Shown in pieces: positions 30,101 through 37,441 of a DNA stretch of 64,000 nt (position 1 is its first letter; each line of letters begins with the position of its first letter). Where the stretch lies: positions 448,001 to 512,000 of the forward strand of contig OY762825.2 in the NCBI GenBank assembly GCA_963666425.2, written 5' to 3'. Under the pieces are notes generated by a model. That model made no database searches and was not told the DNA's origin. It saw nothing but the letters and a program-made list of their open reading frames with translations. Position numbers and translations under genes: made by a program. Source of the stretch: Bacillota bacterium (GTDB taxonomy: Bacteria; Bacillota; JAAYKD01).

Positions 30101-31344
30101 GTAACATTCGATGCCGCAGCGGTGATGGCGTAATCGGCACCGCCATAAACAGCCTGCGCTTCCAAAAAGTCCAGACCGTCTCCCATTTCATCCAGAATAT
30201 TGAGATCAATTAAATCATGGTACTGGGCGGCTCGAACCTGCAAGCTATATTCCAGAACACTGCCGTAACCAAGTGGGCTGCCGGAGATCAAGCTTTTTGT
30301 CTTGGTCAGAATATAATCTTTTGCTACCGCATTGCGGTCCAAATTAACAAGGTTAATTGGAATGGCTATACCGTTTTTATCGGTTGAGCCTTGATAGGAT
30401 GTGCGGTAAGTTAAGTTGGTACCATCAGAAATTCTTACACCGGTATTTACAACACTATTATCGGTCAGATTTTCGAAAATCGCCGAATCGTAACTGATTT
30501 GAAACTCGGCGTCCGGATCCAGCTGTAAACTCCAACTCAACGCACTATCACCACTGGCTGCTCGATAATAATCTTCGGTTTGCGCAAGAATTGTTCCCGA
30601 ACCGGAATTGAATCCTGACGTTAAGTTGGTTATTTCCGCACCGTTCGGAACCAAATGGCTCAAGTCAATTACGGTACTGAACTGCTGATTATTTTTTATT
30701 GTGATTACATAAGGAAAGGTATTAAAGTTATCTGCTGCTGTTGCGTCTTCTCCCGCGCCTTTTAACTGTTTCCCAGGAGACGTAGCAGTGACAGAAACGG
30801 GCAGGACAGAAATTGAAAACGTATCCTGATTATAAATTTCATCAAAATAATATGGGCTGCGGCTTGCCGAACTGGCAACTGTTGCCCCTATCTGGTAAAA
30901 ACCGGTCGATTCAAGCGCAACTGGATGATCGATATCCACCTGATAATAATCGAGCACTTTCAGAGGAATTGCAAATACAAAGCTCTGGCCCGGAGCTAAA
31001 TCGGTGATATCATTCCAGACGATTTTCTGCTTGACTGCTCCCGCTACGGTTAATGATTCTTGAGAGATCGGGGAGGGATCGACAGGCAACTGCAGCTGCA
31101 AACCATTATCCAACCAGAGTTCAAGATTAACATTGTATAACCAGTTAGTGGGATCGTTATTCTGAATTGTAACATTCATAGAGCTGGAACTGCCTAACAA
31201 AATCGATTGGTTCCCTACTGCGACGGTAATGTCCGCATCGACAACCCCATCGGTGACATTTGCTAAAACCTGATAGTTACAAAAGCAGAGTGTAATAATT
31301 AAAATCAAAGAGATAATTTTTCTGCTAATTTTAGAAATGATCAA
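21193..31344 (-). CDS. Giant SLH-anchored surface protein with DUF11-like, tandem Ig/cadherin-like (tandem-95) and invasin-like domains, 3383 aa
   Basis: Signal peptide; LTKT...GD.LTFTI.VTN.G repeats; many TPVNDPP..T.EDT...DVDGD.L.Y...PSHG..G.WTYTP..NY.G.D.F repeats; three C-terminal SLH motifs (GYPDYTFKPDRYITRAE, GYTDGLFNPDQGITRAE, GYEDGTFQPN). TTG start with AAGGAG RBS. Confidence 0.9.
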   Translation of the reverse strand: MIISKISRKIISLILIITLCFCNYQVLANVTDGVVDADITVAVGNQSILLGSSSSMNVTIQNNDPTNWLYNVNLELWLDNGLQLQLPVDPSPISQESLTVAGAVKQKIVWNDITDLAPGQSFVFAIPLKVLDYYQVDIDHPVALESTGFYQIGATVASSASRSPYYFDEIYNQDTFSISVLPVSVTATSPGKQLKGAGEDATAADNFNTFPYVITIKNNQQFSTVIDLSHLVPNGAEITNLTSGFNSGSGTILAQTEDYYRAASGDSALSWSLQLDPDAEFQISYDSAIFENLTDNSVVNTGVRISDGTNLTYRTSYQGSTDKNGIAIPINLVNLDRNAVAKDYILTKTKSLISGSPLGYGSVLEYSLQVRAAQYHDLIDLNILDEMGDGLDFLEAQAVYGGADYAITAAASNVTAYSHTGSPGSEVLNWTLDSLLKEASAVLQFRAEVMTQWTRGALAGVPIYANDKLINTSSSDTVTLVGSYPAQETNATASAVINKPLITKEIISVNGAGIAADARGFYPLKVGDEIRLRLTYDASQVNTKQKEVKLYDFYPFETGYATGVPLYYLENVVFKDGGTIVTPVSETAVVNGTNYQFAAGSVWFGASGNQAYFGNGNTDKLFSVEFPEVERNTVLSVEYVLRVNDSLKVINGKENYSMAKASFLNTSNAIDSQRGQLPFIYQAPVLSMTKSILTSMIPPYTTVQSASDLAAGDTLTFAIEVTNDGDASAYNVKLADTFDSELTNLTYLIGPAGAVATQAGNVLNFTIPEITAHSSATIIYTAQVSAAVGATRTFNNSADLVSYQKTNGGPDYLDQTVNKETSLLAKSPTLTKSVTDTEANPVRVNDWVVYQIQFSLPAGTNLYATELIEVLPAGQSLLGVYANYDLASHTASFPVAFGSSGSKVTIAVGDYSAASYTVYVKTHVDTAVGVSSSQSNQAELHWNDKSAGGSSHQLTVTSALNVSKPQLAGTWNTTNFSIVQGQTQNLVYTIRNSGANTAYGFVPSITIPAGLTPSNWSVAPTGSVVVGTDVVYSFPEVASLAVNATSAISFTLAVDANRPAGQSIVLTGKTGNYYTTPAKVSFETSVSTNTTLKIPDVVVSKTVVSTSNGSSLTEIRPGDTVTYTIRVTVKQGTNAYDLELKDTLPAQFSLNSFSGGFVAGGVYNLIGDVSAIGSDVVYEYTVVAQAKTDGAYGAGTTFSARNTAGIRWDYSAGSDENIVKSVNRDISVKQPQMTIQSFTAVKKTFNSVSEVLNFQAELKNTGASEANMVKVKATIPSGMSVELYAPGAVVTGTTNTSKTIEWIFSAIEYNTSQYLSFSLKEDGDLSTPSNGVVTLSIEEYYSTENITSKKYSPVTANMTLNQPPVATGSVVSTPEDTTILGLITVADIDLPANTMTYSVQTGASAAQGSFTVDSNSGAWRFVPAHDFNGGPITVTVLVNDNQGGTAVATVQITVTPVNDPPVVPNYAKVIPEDTTLSSAVVATDVDGDSLTYSQYSNPSHGSVTLQADGNYLYIPVAYYNGPDSFQVKVEDGHGGIAYSTVNISISSVNNPPTVPSYVVQTLEETAVGGKVVGSDVDSALLSYLKSTNPSHGTVTVDAAGNWLYTPNLNYNGMDSFKVQVSDGTGFAESTVTIVVIPVNDPPTVGDYTFTIAEDNSVANKVVAADVDLDTLAYSVNTAPDPSQGSFVLNPVTGDWTFTPTANYNGPVTIKVNVSDGHGGMAVSTISITITPVNDAPTVIDANRVTQEDTALDFSLVWFDNLYTDIEDANLVSVRIESLPAHGSLTLSGMAVGLNQVIPAAQLNGLKYTPSLNYHGDDLFTWKGFDGAAYSNLAKVDISITAVNDNPVVPNYNVSTNEDTAVIGTIVATDVDGDLLSYALDTAPSHGTLSLNANGSWSYTPAANYHGPDLFTVLVHDGNGGSALSTVNLTVNPINDPPTIPNYVKTMDEDAVLHAAVLGQDIDGDSLSYSKRSDPSHGQVLVNLDGSYTYTPNHDYFGDDEFTVWVDDGNGGTAFSKVTIHISNINDAPIVPDYTKITNEDTTVAGIVVGSDVEGDPLSYALGTAPTHGTLTLVANGNWSYTPAANYHGPDQFTVIVSDGNLGFATSTIDLTVLPVNDLPTADDGLRVTLEDTAIDFSLAWFENLYTDIEDPNLVSIRIESLPAHGSLTLAGLAVGLNQVIPAAQLNGLKYTPSLNYHGDDLFNWKGFDGTAYSNLAKAEISITPVNDNPVVPNYNVTTDEDISVNGVVVATDVDGDTPNYLLDTAPSHGTVTVDGNGNWSYTPAANYYGPDQFTVLVRDGNGGTALSTVNLTVQPVNDPPIILDSQRTTQEDTALSFTLIGFDNLYSDIETSNLVSVCLKSLPTHGSLSLNGSAVMLNQVIPAAQLDHLVYTPNLNYHGGDLFNWTGSDGTAASNLAKVEITITSVNDAPVVPDYHLTTAEDTAISDVIVATDADGDALSYGMETQPSNGTVVLQPNGSWTYTPNLNYCSSDSFAVRVSDGVGGFSISIVHISITPVNDPPVVPDYLYGIENGSFKQKIVASDIETPAVDLVYAVETLPTHGQLVLNANGSYIYVPLTDYEGTEVFQVRVTDQAGAFAISTVTLNISLNNAPPIAKNQTLQTPKNVALHGSAAATDGDGDRLSYAVILQPTSGQLVLAENGSWIYTPNHDFVGEDHFKIRVSDGLSGSMEITITVQVLDIAYTIDMRAIPSSLLGDGTTTTTLFAQVHDQNGNPVPNIAVVFSAPLGEFPNGTQSVTNALGIATVKYGKVDLSGTIVPKEIQVVGKVEDIIKNLYATDTISVYFMPATLNGIVIDSNRCTIVQNASVLVSKDFDQDGIIDFSATTLTAENGSYSVAVPYGNETYDVYITFDFEVAPGLQYPITFYQKGTVNGSITGVGQAFYSERIHYTVLAAENEAGQIYTIHDFSKLNFALFQYVSGSPIQYTLTANQDSARVKLLGLTAQQVSLQQLGSEVLLPVNYAIQLQEASGLFFIELPASAEGKDFKIVVYDLAGKEIGQESFRVLADGQFCVGSIILKASDVGVVVPQKDVGVQLSASQRSVEENKTVTFEITYINKNQLKIDQANLTLSIPDELEIIDSDGGQVFGSTLVWDLGSLAANQTGKLTVTARVKPLTQNQVIVRLTATITATDSLVNLEDDLSTMIVSLYSNRYEQIHQRYIVGYPDYTFKPDRYITRAEIAAIFARILDLRSTVTGVQLYPDVSTTHWAAEYIEAVSKLGLFEGYTDGLFNPDQGITRAELVSVIARYFEIERSNQLTPLSNDFSDIQGHWAANTIEEIKRIGLIQGYEDGTFQPNAFTKRSEAVVIINNMLFRGPLLGTEATFPDMPTTHWASGHAEEAIRTHRYLTNSDGSESMTDFIAEPLW

Positions 31345-31719
31345 ATTGTAAACTCCTTCGCTAAGTTAATTTTTTCGATTAAAAACCGTGTTAAAGCAAG
31401 TACTCCTTTCTTTTTTTGTGCATAGTTTTTGCTTTTTTTGACTGTTTGCATACTTTAACTGACTGCTTGCATACTTATTCCGACTTCTTTAGATATTATT
31501 ATATATATTTATACATGTGAATCGTTTGTTTTTTAGCTATGGTGTTTCAAAAAAGCAGTCAGCCAAAGAGGGGATTCTAGTTTATATTCAAGATGACTGT
31601 CCTGTTTCCCTCCCTAAATTAGGATACATTTTCACGCCTTTTTTCATATATTTCTATTTTTACTTTTTATAAACGCGTGTCACTTCCATACGATATAATT
31701 ATCAATAAATTACTCTGTT

Positions 31720-32234
31720 TTGAACATTATAAAGCACTGCATTTCGCCGGAATCATCTTCCCGCTGAATGCAGTGCTTTTCACATGCCACTTGACAATAT
31801 ATAAATGTCCTAATCAATCTGTGCCAACACCCCCGTCCCCTTGGAACATCATCACATTTCCCCCTTCGTCGCCCTCTACTCATAAATTGCATTGGCGTAT
31901 TAGCAACACATTGTCCAAATGTAGGGAACGGTCTTGACCGTTCCGCCGTTCTCCGTCCCTTCGTCCCTTCGTCCCTTCGTCCTTTCGTCTCCTCTCGTTC
32001 CTTCTATCTCCGCCGTCCCTTCGTCCCTTCGTCCCCTCGTCTCCTCTCATTCCTTCTTTCTCCTCCATCTCATCGCCGTTTCTTTTCTCCCTCCCTTAAC
32101 ACAATATGTACATCACAAAGCACTGTATCCTTGCTGGAATCATCTTCCCGCTGAATACAGTGCTTTTCACATGCCACTCGACAATATTTAAAACCCACAT
32201 CAAGCTGTGCCAACACCCCCGTCCCCCTGTAACA
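31720..32234 (+). repeat. Mosaic repeat block 2
   Basis: C at 31731-31779 and 32117-32166; A at 31820 and 32206; B at 31921 followed by CGTCCCTT microrepeats. Confidence 0.9.
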
Positions 32235-32253
32235 TGCAACGTAATGCACAAAC

Positions 32254-32282
32254 TTGACAAATTCGCTCATTTACGCTATGAT
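32254..32282 (+). promoter_or_regulatory. sigma-A promoter of the first AAA ATPase
   Basis: TTGACA-17 bp-TATGAT, 20 bp after element A. Confidence 0.75.
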
Positions 32283-32305
32283 CAATGCACAAAGGAGGTA
32301 TTCCA

Positions 32306-33514
32306 ATGGAAAAACTAATTCCCCGCCCTACTTATTTGGAGCAGCTAAAAAACTTTAAAGATAAGCAGTTGATCAAGGTTGTCACCGGTATACGGCGTTG
32401 TGGCAAATCCACCTTGTTTGATCTCTATTGTAACTACCTGAAGGAGCAAGGCGTTTTACCGGAACAGATCATCCGCATCAATCTGGAAGACCCGGATCAT
32501 CATGATCTTGATGGCTATTTAAAACTGTATAATCTGATCAAAGAGCAACTGATCCCTGAAAAAATGAATTACATCTTTCTCGATGAAGTGCAAAATGTTC
32601 CGGAGTTTCAAAAAGCAATTGATGGCTTGTTTATCAAGAAAAACTGCGATGTCTATATCACAGGATCCAATGCCTATCTGCTTTCGGGCGAACTTGCGAC
32701 TCTTCTTTCCGGAAGATATGTTGAAATTAAAATGCTTCCCTTATCTTTTTCTGAATTTATTGAAGGAATTGACGACAGCTCTGATCTGATCCTGAAATAT
32801 CAACGCTATATTCAAAACGGTTCTTTTCCTTATCTACTGAAACTGGAAAGAAAGCAAGATATCCAAGCCTATTTGGAAGGAATTTATAACACGATTGTTT
32901 TGAAGGATATCGCCGCCAGAAAACATATCTCAGACATTAACATGCTGGACAGTGTCATCCGATATATGTTTGATAACATCGGCAACCTCTGTTCTTCAAC
33001 TCAAATTGCCAATACCATGACATCAAAAGGCCGTAAAATCTCCGTCCATACAGTGGAAAGCTATCTTTCTGCTTTGATGGAAAGTTTTGTGCTTTATAAG
33101 ATTGGGCGGTATGATATCAAGGGTAAGCAATATCTTGCTACAGGAGCAAAGTATTATCTTGCCGACATCGGTCTTCGATACTATCTGCTTGGCACGAAAA
33201 AGGCCGACAGAGGACACATCCTCGAAAACGTAGTCTTTCTTGAACTGCTGCGCCGTGGCTATGAAGTGCATATTGGCAAGCTTGGCCAGACTGAGGTAGA
33301 CTTTCTGGCGATCAACAGCACCGGAGAAGAATATTACCAAGTTGCCTATACTGTTTCCGATGAAAACGGAGAAACTCTTACAAGAGAACTTGCTCCCTTG
33401 AATGCGATTAAGGATCACAATCCAAAATATCTGCTGACGATGGATTTTGAACCGCTCACCTCCCATAATGGGATCAAGCAGATCAATGTTTTACAATGGC
33501 TTCTCAAAAACTAG
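32306..33514 (+). CDS. AAA_14 ATP-binding protein with DUF4143 domain
   Basis: Walker A TGIRRCGKST, Walker B IFLDEVQ, ITGSNA, KYYLADIG, LENVVFLEL and EVDF. AAGGAGG RBS. Confidence 0.9.
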   Translation: MEKLIPRPTYLEQLKNFKDKQLIKVVTGIRRCGKSTLFDLYCNYLKEQGVLPEQIIRINLEDPDHHDLDGYLKLYNLIKEQLIPEKMNYIFLDEVQNVPEFQKAIDGLFIKKNCDVYITGSNAYLLSGELATLLSGRYVEIKMLPLSFSEFIEGIDDSSDLILKYQRYIQNGSFPYLLKLERKQDIQAYLEGIYNTIVLKDIAARKHISDINMLDSVIRYMFDNIGNLCSSTQIANTMTSKGRKISVHTVESYLSALMESFVLYKIGRYDIKGKQYLATGAKYYLADIGLRYYLLGTKKADRGHILENVVFLELLRRGYEVHIGKLGQTEVDFLAINSTGEEYYQVAYTVSDENGETLTRELAPLNAIKDHNPKYLLTMDFEPLTSHNGIKQINVLQWLLKN

Positions 33515-33539
33515 ATTTAGGGGAAATTTACCCCTTGCC

Positions 33540-34227
33540 GTCCCCTTGTCTCCACCTCCGTCGTTCCTCTCCCCATCAATTACATTAGCATCTTATCCTT
33601 AACATTGCCCGTCCGTCGTCCTCTGCCCAACAATTACATTAACATCTTATCCTTAACATTGCCCAAATGTAGGGAACGGTCTTGACCGTTCCGCCGTTCT
33701 CCTTCGTTCCTCGTCCCCTCCGTCGCCCTCTGCCCAACAATTACATTGACATCTTATCCTTAACATTGCCCAAATGTAGGGAACGGTCTTGACCGTTCCG
33801 CCGTCCCTTCGTTCTCCTTCGTTCCTCGTCCCCTCCGTCGCCCTTTCCACCCAACAATAACATTAACATCTTATCCTTAACATTGCCCAAATGTAGGGAA
33901 CGGTCTTGACCGTTCCGCCGTTCTCCTTCGTTCCTCGTCCCCTCCGTCGCCCTCTACTCATAAATTGCATTGGCGTATTAGCAACACATTGTCCAAATGT
34001 AGGGAACGGTCTTGACCGTTCCGCCGTTCCTCGTTTCTACCGTTCTGCCGTTCTCCGTCTTCCATCTACCGTCATCCTCACTCATCCCTTAACACAATAT
34101 GTACATCACAAAGCACTGTGTCCTCGCTGGAATCATCTTCCCGCTGAATACAGTGCTTTTCACATGCCACTCGACAATATTTAAAACCCACATCAATCTG
34201 TGCCAACACCCCCGTCCCCTTGGAACA
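33540..34227 (+). repeat. Mosaic repeat block 3
   Basis: B at 33669, 33776, 33893 and 33999 in tandem 106-117-bp units; C at 34110-34159; A at 34199-34227. Confidence 0.9.
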
Positions 34228-34260
34228 TCAGTTATATCTTATACAACAGTATATTTTACG

Positions 34261-34289
34261 TTGACCAAAAGATATATCTGTTGTAAAAT
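34261..34289 (+). promoter_or_regulatory. sigma-A promoter of the second AAA ATPase
   Basis: TTGACC-17 bp-TAAAAT. Confidence 0.65.
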
Positions 34290-34319
34290 AACCACAGCAA
34301 GAATACGGAGGTGTTCCGA

Positions 34320-35531
34320 ATGATTAAACGAGAACGATATCTCAGTCAATTACGCGGCTTTATAGATCAGACAGAGGTAGTAAAAATCATCACAGGCATC
34401 CGTCGAAGCGGTAAGTCTGTGATGCTGCAACTAATACAACAAGAACTCCTGGAAAGAGGTGTTCCGAAGAGCAACATCCTCTCTTTTAACTTCGAGGATA
34501 TGACCTTGCGTCAATACAAAGATGCTAACGTTTTGCACGATCACATAAAAGAAAAAATTGAACATTGCACAGGCCGCGCTTATTTGTTTCTTGACGAGGT
34601 TCAGGAAGTTGACAATTGGGAAAGCTGTGTCAATTCTCTGCGTGTAAATTCCGATGTAGACATCTACATTACAGGTTCCAATGCTAAGATGCTTGCCGGA
34701 GAATATGCTACACTCCTGGCAGGGCGGTACATAGAAATTCAAATCTATCCGTTTTCCTTCCAGGAATATTGTATTGCAATCATTGAAAAACAACCCAACC
34801 TTTCTACGGCGGAATGCTTTCAGAAGTATTTGATTACCGGCGGCATGCCCTTTCTGATTGCCCTTGATGCAGACGAAAACACTGCTAAACAATATTTAAG
34901 TGACATTTTTGCGTCTGTTGTGATAAAAGATATTATGAAACGAAACAACTTTCGGGATGTTGATCTTTTGGAACGAATTATCCTGTTTGTGATAGCTAAT
35001 ATTGGCAGAACTTTTTCGGCTACCAGTATTTCAAAATTTCTAAAAAATGATCATCGCAAGGTTGCCCCCGAAACCGTGATCAACTATTTAAAAGCTTGTG
35101 AGCAAGCTTATCTGTTTCATCGTGTCGGTAGGCTTGATCTTGTGGGAAAGAAAATCCTGCAGGTTAATGAGAAATACTATATCTGCGATCACGGTATCCG
35201 CGAAGCTGTATATGGTAATAATCAGCGAGATATTGAGCTAGTGCTCGAAAATATGGTCTTCTTAGAATTGCTGCGTCATGGTTATAAAGTAACCGCAGGC
35301 CGCATAGGCGAAAAAGAGATTGATTTTGTTGCTGATAAAGCAGGCCAGCGTATTTATGTGCAGGTTTGCTATCTGCTTGCTAGTGAAGATACAGTTCAGC
35401 GTGAATTTGGGGTGTTTCGGGACGTTTCGGATAACTTTCCAAAATATGTGGTTTCCTTGGATGAATTCAATTTTAGTCGTGAAGGCATTGAGCATAAAAA
35501 CATCCGCGACTTTCTGCTCATGGAAATGTAG
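34320..35531 (+). CDS. AAA_14 ATP-binding protein with DUF4143 domain (divergent paralog); stop codon overlaps REP B
   Basis: TGIRRSGKS, LFLDEVQ, ITGSNA, KYYICDHG, LENMVFLEL and EIDFV. The TAG at 35529-35531 lies within the GTAG of the REP. Confidence 0.9.
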   Translation: MIKRERYLSQLRGFIDQTEVVKIITGIRRSGKSVMLQLIQQELLERGVPKSNILSFNFEDMTLRQYKDANVLHDHIKEKIEHCTGRAYLFLDEVQEVDNWESCVNSLRVNSDVDIYITGSNAKMLAGEYATLLAGRYIEIQIYPFSFQEYCIAIIEKQPNLSTAECFQKYLITGGMPFLIALDADENTAKQYLSDIFASVVIKDIMKRNNFRDVDLLERIILFVIANIGRTFSATSISKFLKNDHRKVAPETVINYLKACEQAYLFHRVGRLDLVGKKILQVNEKYYICDHGIREAVYGNNQRDIELVLENMVFLELLRHGYKVTAGRIGEKEIDFVADKAGQRIYVQVCYLLASEDTVQREFGVFRDVSDNFPKYVVSLDEFNFSREGIEHKNIRDFLLMEM

Positions 35532-36095
35532 GGAACGGTCTTGACCGTTCCGCCGTCCCCTCATCCCTTCGCCCGTCCCCTCGTCCCCTCGTCCCTTCGC
35601 CCCTTCACTCCTTCACTCCTTCACTCCTCCGTCGTTCCTCTCCCCATCAATTACATTGACATCTTATCCTTAACATTGCCCAAATGTAGGGAACGGTCTT
35701 GAGCGTTCCGCCGTCCCCTCGTCCCCCGTCGCCCTCTCCCCATCAATTACATTAGCATCTTATCCTTAACATTGCCCGTCCGTCGTTCCTCTCCCCAACA
35801 ATTACATTGACATCTTATCCTTAACATTGCCCAAATGTAGGGAACGGTCTTGACCGTTCCGCCATCCCTCGCTTCCACCTCCCTCATCTCCGTCGTCTCC
35901 TCGTCCCCTCGTCCCCTCGTCCCCTCCATCTCATCACTGCTCCTTTGCCCTTTCCCTTAGCACAATATGTACATCACAAAGCACTATATCCTCGCAGGAA
36001 TCATCTTCCCGCTGAATACAGTGCTTTTCACATGCCACTCGACAATATTTATAACCCACATCAAGCTGTGCCAACACCCCCGTCCCCCTGGAACA
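35524..36095 (+). repeat. Mosaic repeat block 4
   Basis: B at 35528, 35686 (variant) and 35837; C at 35978-36027; A at 36067-36095. Confidence 0.9.
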
Positions 36096-36235
36096 CACAT
36101 TTGCGCTCTTGTCAACTTCAAATAATTTAATTGAGTGTCCCAAAAATACTTTTCCAAATCGGCCGCTCCTTCAATTAAACTTTATTCAGTCGTGCACTGT
36201 GCAACCTATTTAATGAAGTGTAAAGGCTATCATTC

Positions 36236-37189
36236 CTATATTGAACGTAGCTTAATAGGCACAAATATGTCAAGCTGCTTATATCCGAGCCCGCGGTTTA
36301 TTTTCTCGCCTACAAGCATGTGGAACATTGTCCTGTGTCCTTCACGTTCGTCAAGTTCAAATCCACTATTGTCGATCCATGCTTTAATCCCTTTATATAC
36401 CCTGCCATTTATATCATCATCACCGTCGATGGATATTGCGTTTGCGTATAGACCACCTTCAAATTCTATTATTTCATAACCGTTTGTATCTTTTTCATTA
36501 ACCCAGTCTTCTATGGCAACATACCATATCCCTCTGCCATTCGGTTCAAAAAACATAAAATCAAGCGGAGAAAATGATATACCTTTTCGTTTTTCGTCAT
36601 ACTCACAAAACCACTTATCAAAGCTTCCTATAACCTCACTTAAATCGTTAAAGCAACCTGATGAAACCATTCTACACTTAGGTATTTCGACAATCCTGAC
36701 TTCTGGTGCCTTTTTAAGCTTCTCTGTAATATTTAAAAGACTGTTAAAGTGCGAAGGATTTCCTTCGTACCCAACGTTAATTATCTGCTGTTCAATTTCC
36801 TTTGCTTTCTCGTATAAAAGTTTAACATCTGAATCCTTCTGAAAATCACTCCTCTGGATTTGTATTATAAATTCTAAGACTATTTTTTTCAGCTCATGCA
36901 GAAGAGCTACTTCATCATCAATATCGGAAACTTTTTTACCCAGAACATTTAAAACCACCTCGGAACCGGAGGCTCGAAAAATTCTCTGAATATCTTTAAT
37001 GCTGATGTTTAACCTACGAAGTATAAGAATCTGCTCCAACCGTTTTATTGAGGCTTCATCGTACATTCTATACGCATAATCATCATTTCTCTGACTGCTT
37101 ATCAATCCCATATCTTCATAATATCGAAGAGTGCGGGCAGTCACATCATACCTGTTTGATACTTCTTTGATTTTTAATAAATCAGGCAT
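36236..37189 (-). CDS. MerR family regulator with C-terminal GyrI-like effector domain
   Basis: LKIKEVS.RYDVTARTLRYYEDMGLI...YRMY; C-terminal QLDIFVPIK. Confidence 0.9.
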   Translation of the reverse strand: MPDLLKIKEVSNRYDVTARTLRYYEDMGLISSQRNDDYAYRMYDEASIKRLEQILILRRLNISIKDIQRIFRASGSEVVLNVLGKKVSDIDDEVALLHELKKIVLEFIIQIQRSDFQKDSDVKLLYEKAKEIEQQIINVGYEGNPSHFNSLLNITEKLKKAPEVRIVEIPKCRMVSSGCFNDLSEVIGSFDKWFCEYDEKRKGISFSPLDFMFFEPNGRGIWYVAIEDWVNEKDTNGYEIIEFEGGLYANAISIDGDDDINGRVYKGIKAWIDNSGFELDEREGHRTMFHMLVGEKINRGLGYKQLDIFVPIKLRSI

Positions 37190-37223
37190 AGTTTGTTTTC
37201 CCCTTTTCGTTTTTATAAACAAT

Positions 37224-37254
37224 ATAATAATTGCTTCCCCAACGGAAGAGTCAA
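37224..37254 (-). promoter_or_regulatory. MerR-type promoter (19-bp spacer) with dyad operator
   Basis: TTGACT-19 bp-TATTAT, with the CTTCC-N5-GGAAG dyad in the spacer. Confidence 0.75.
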
Positions 37255-37441
37255 GAGGAAAGAGAAGAAATAGTAATTAATGCTAGACTCGTTGCTTAGA
37301 TGATTGATTGAGTTTGGAAATAATATCCTTGTCATTGTTTTTATATCCGCATCATACATGAGTAATCTCAAATCTCTTTTTACTTCTTCGATATAAACGT
37401 CTGCGCTTTGAATCCGTACTTACTTTCTATATATACCTGTA

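Noticed and set aside
21523-31007. Multiple plus-strand ORFs inside the giant surface-protein gene
   Set aside because: Antisense shadows of a long repetitive CDS.
33570-34030. Tandem 106-117-bp units with palindromic REP B read as CRISPR repeats and spacers
   Set aside because: The intervening sequences are homologous to each other and low-complexity, not unique spacers.
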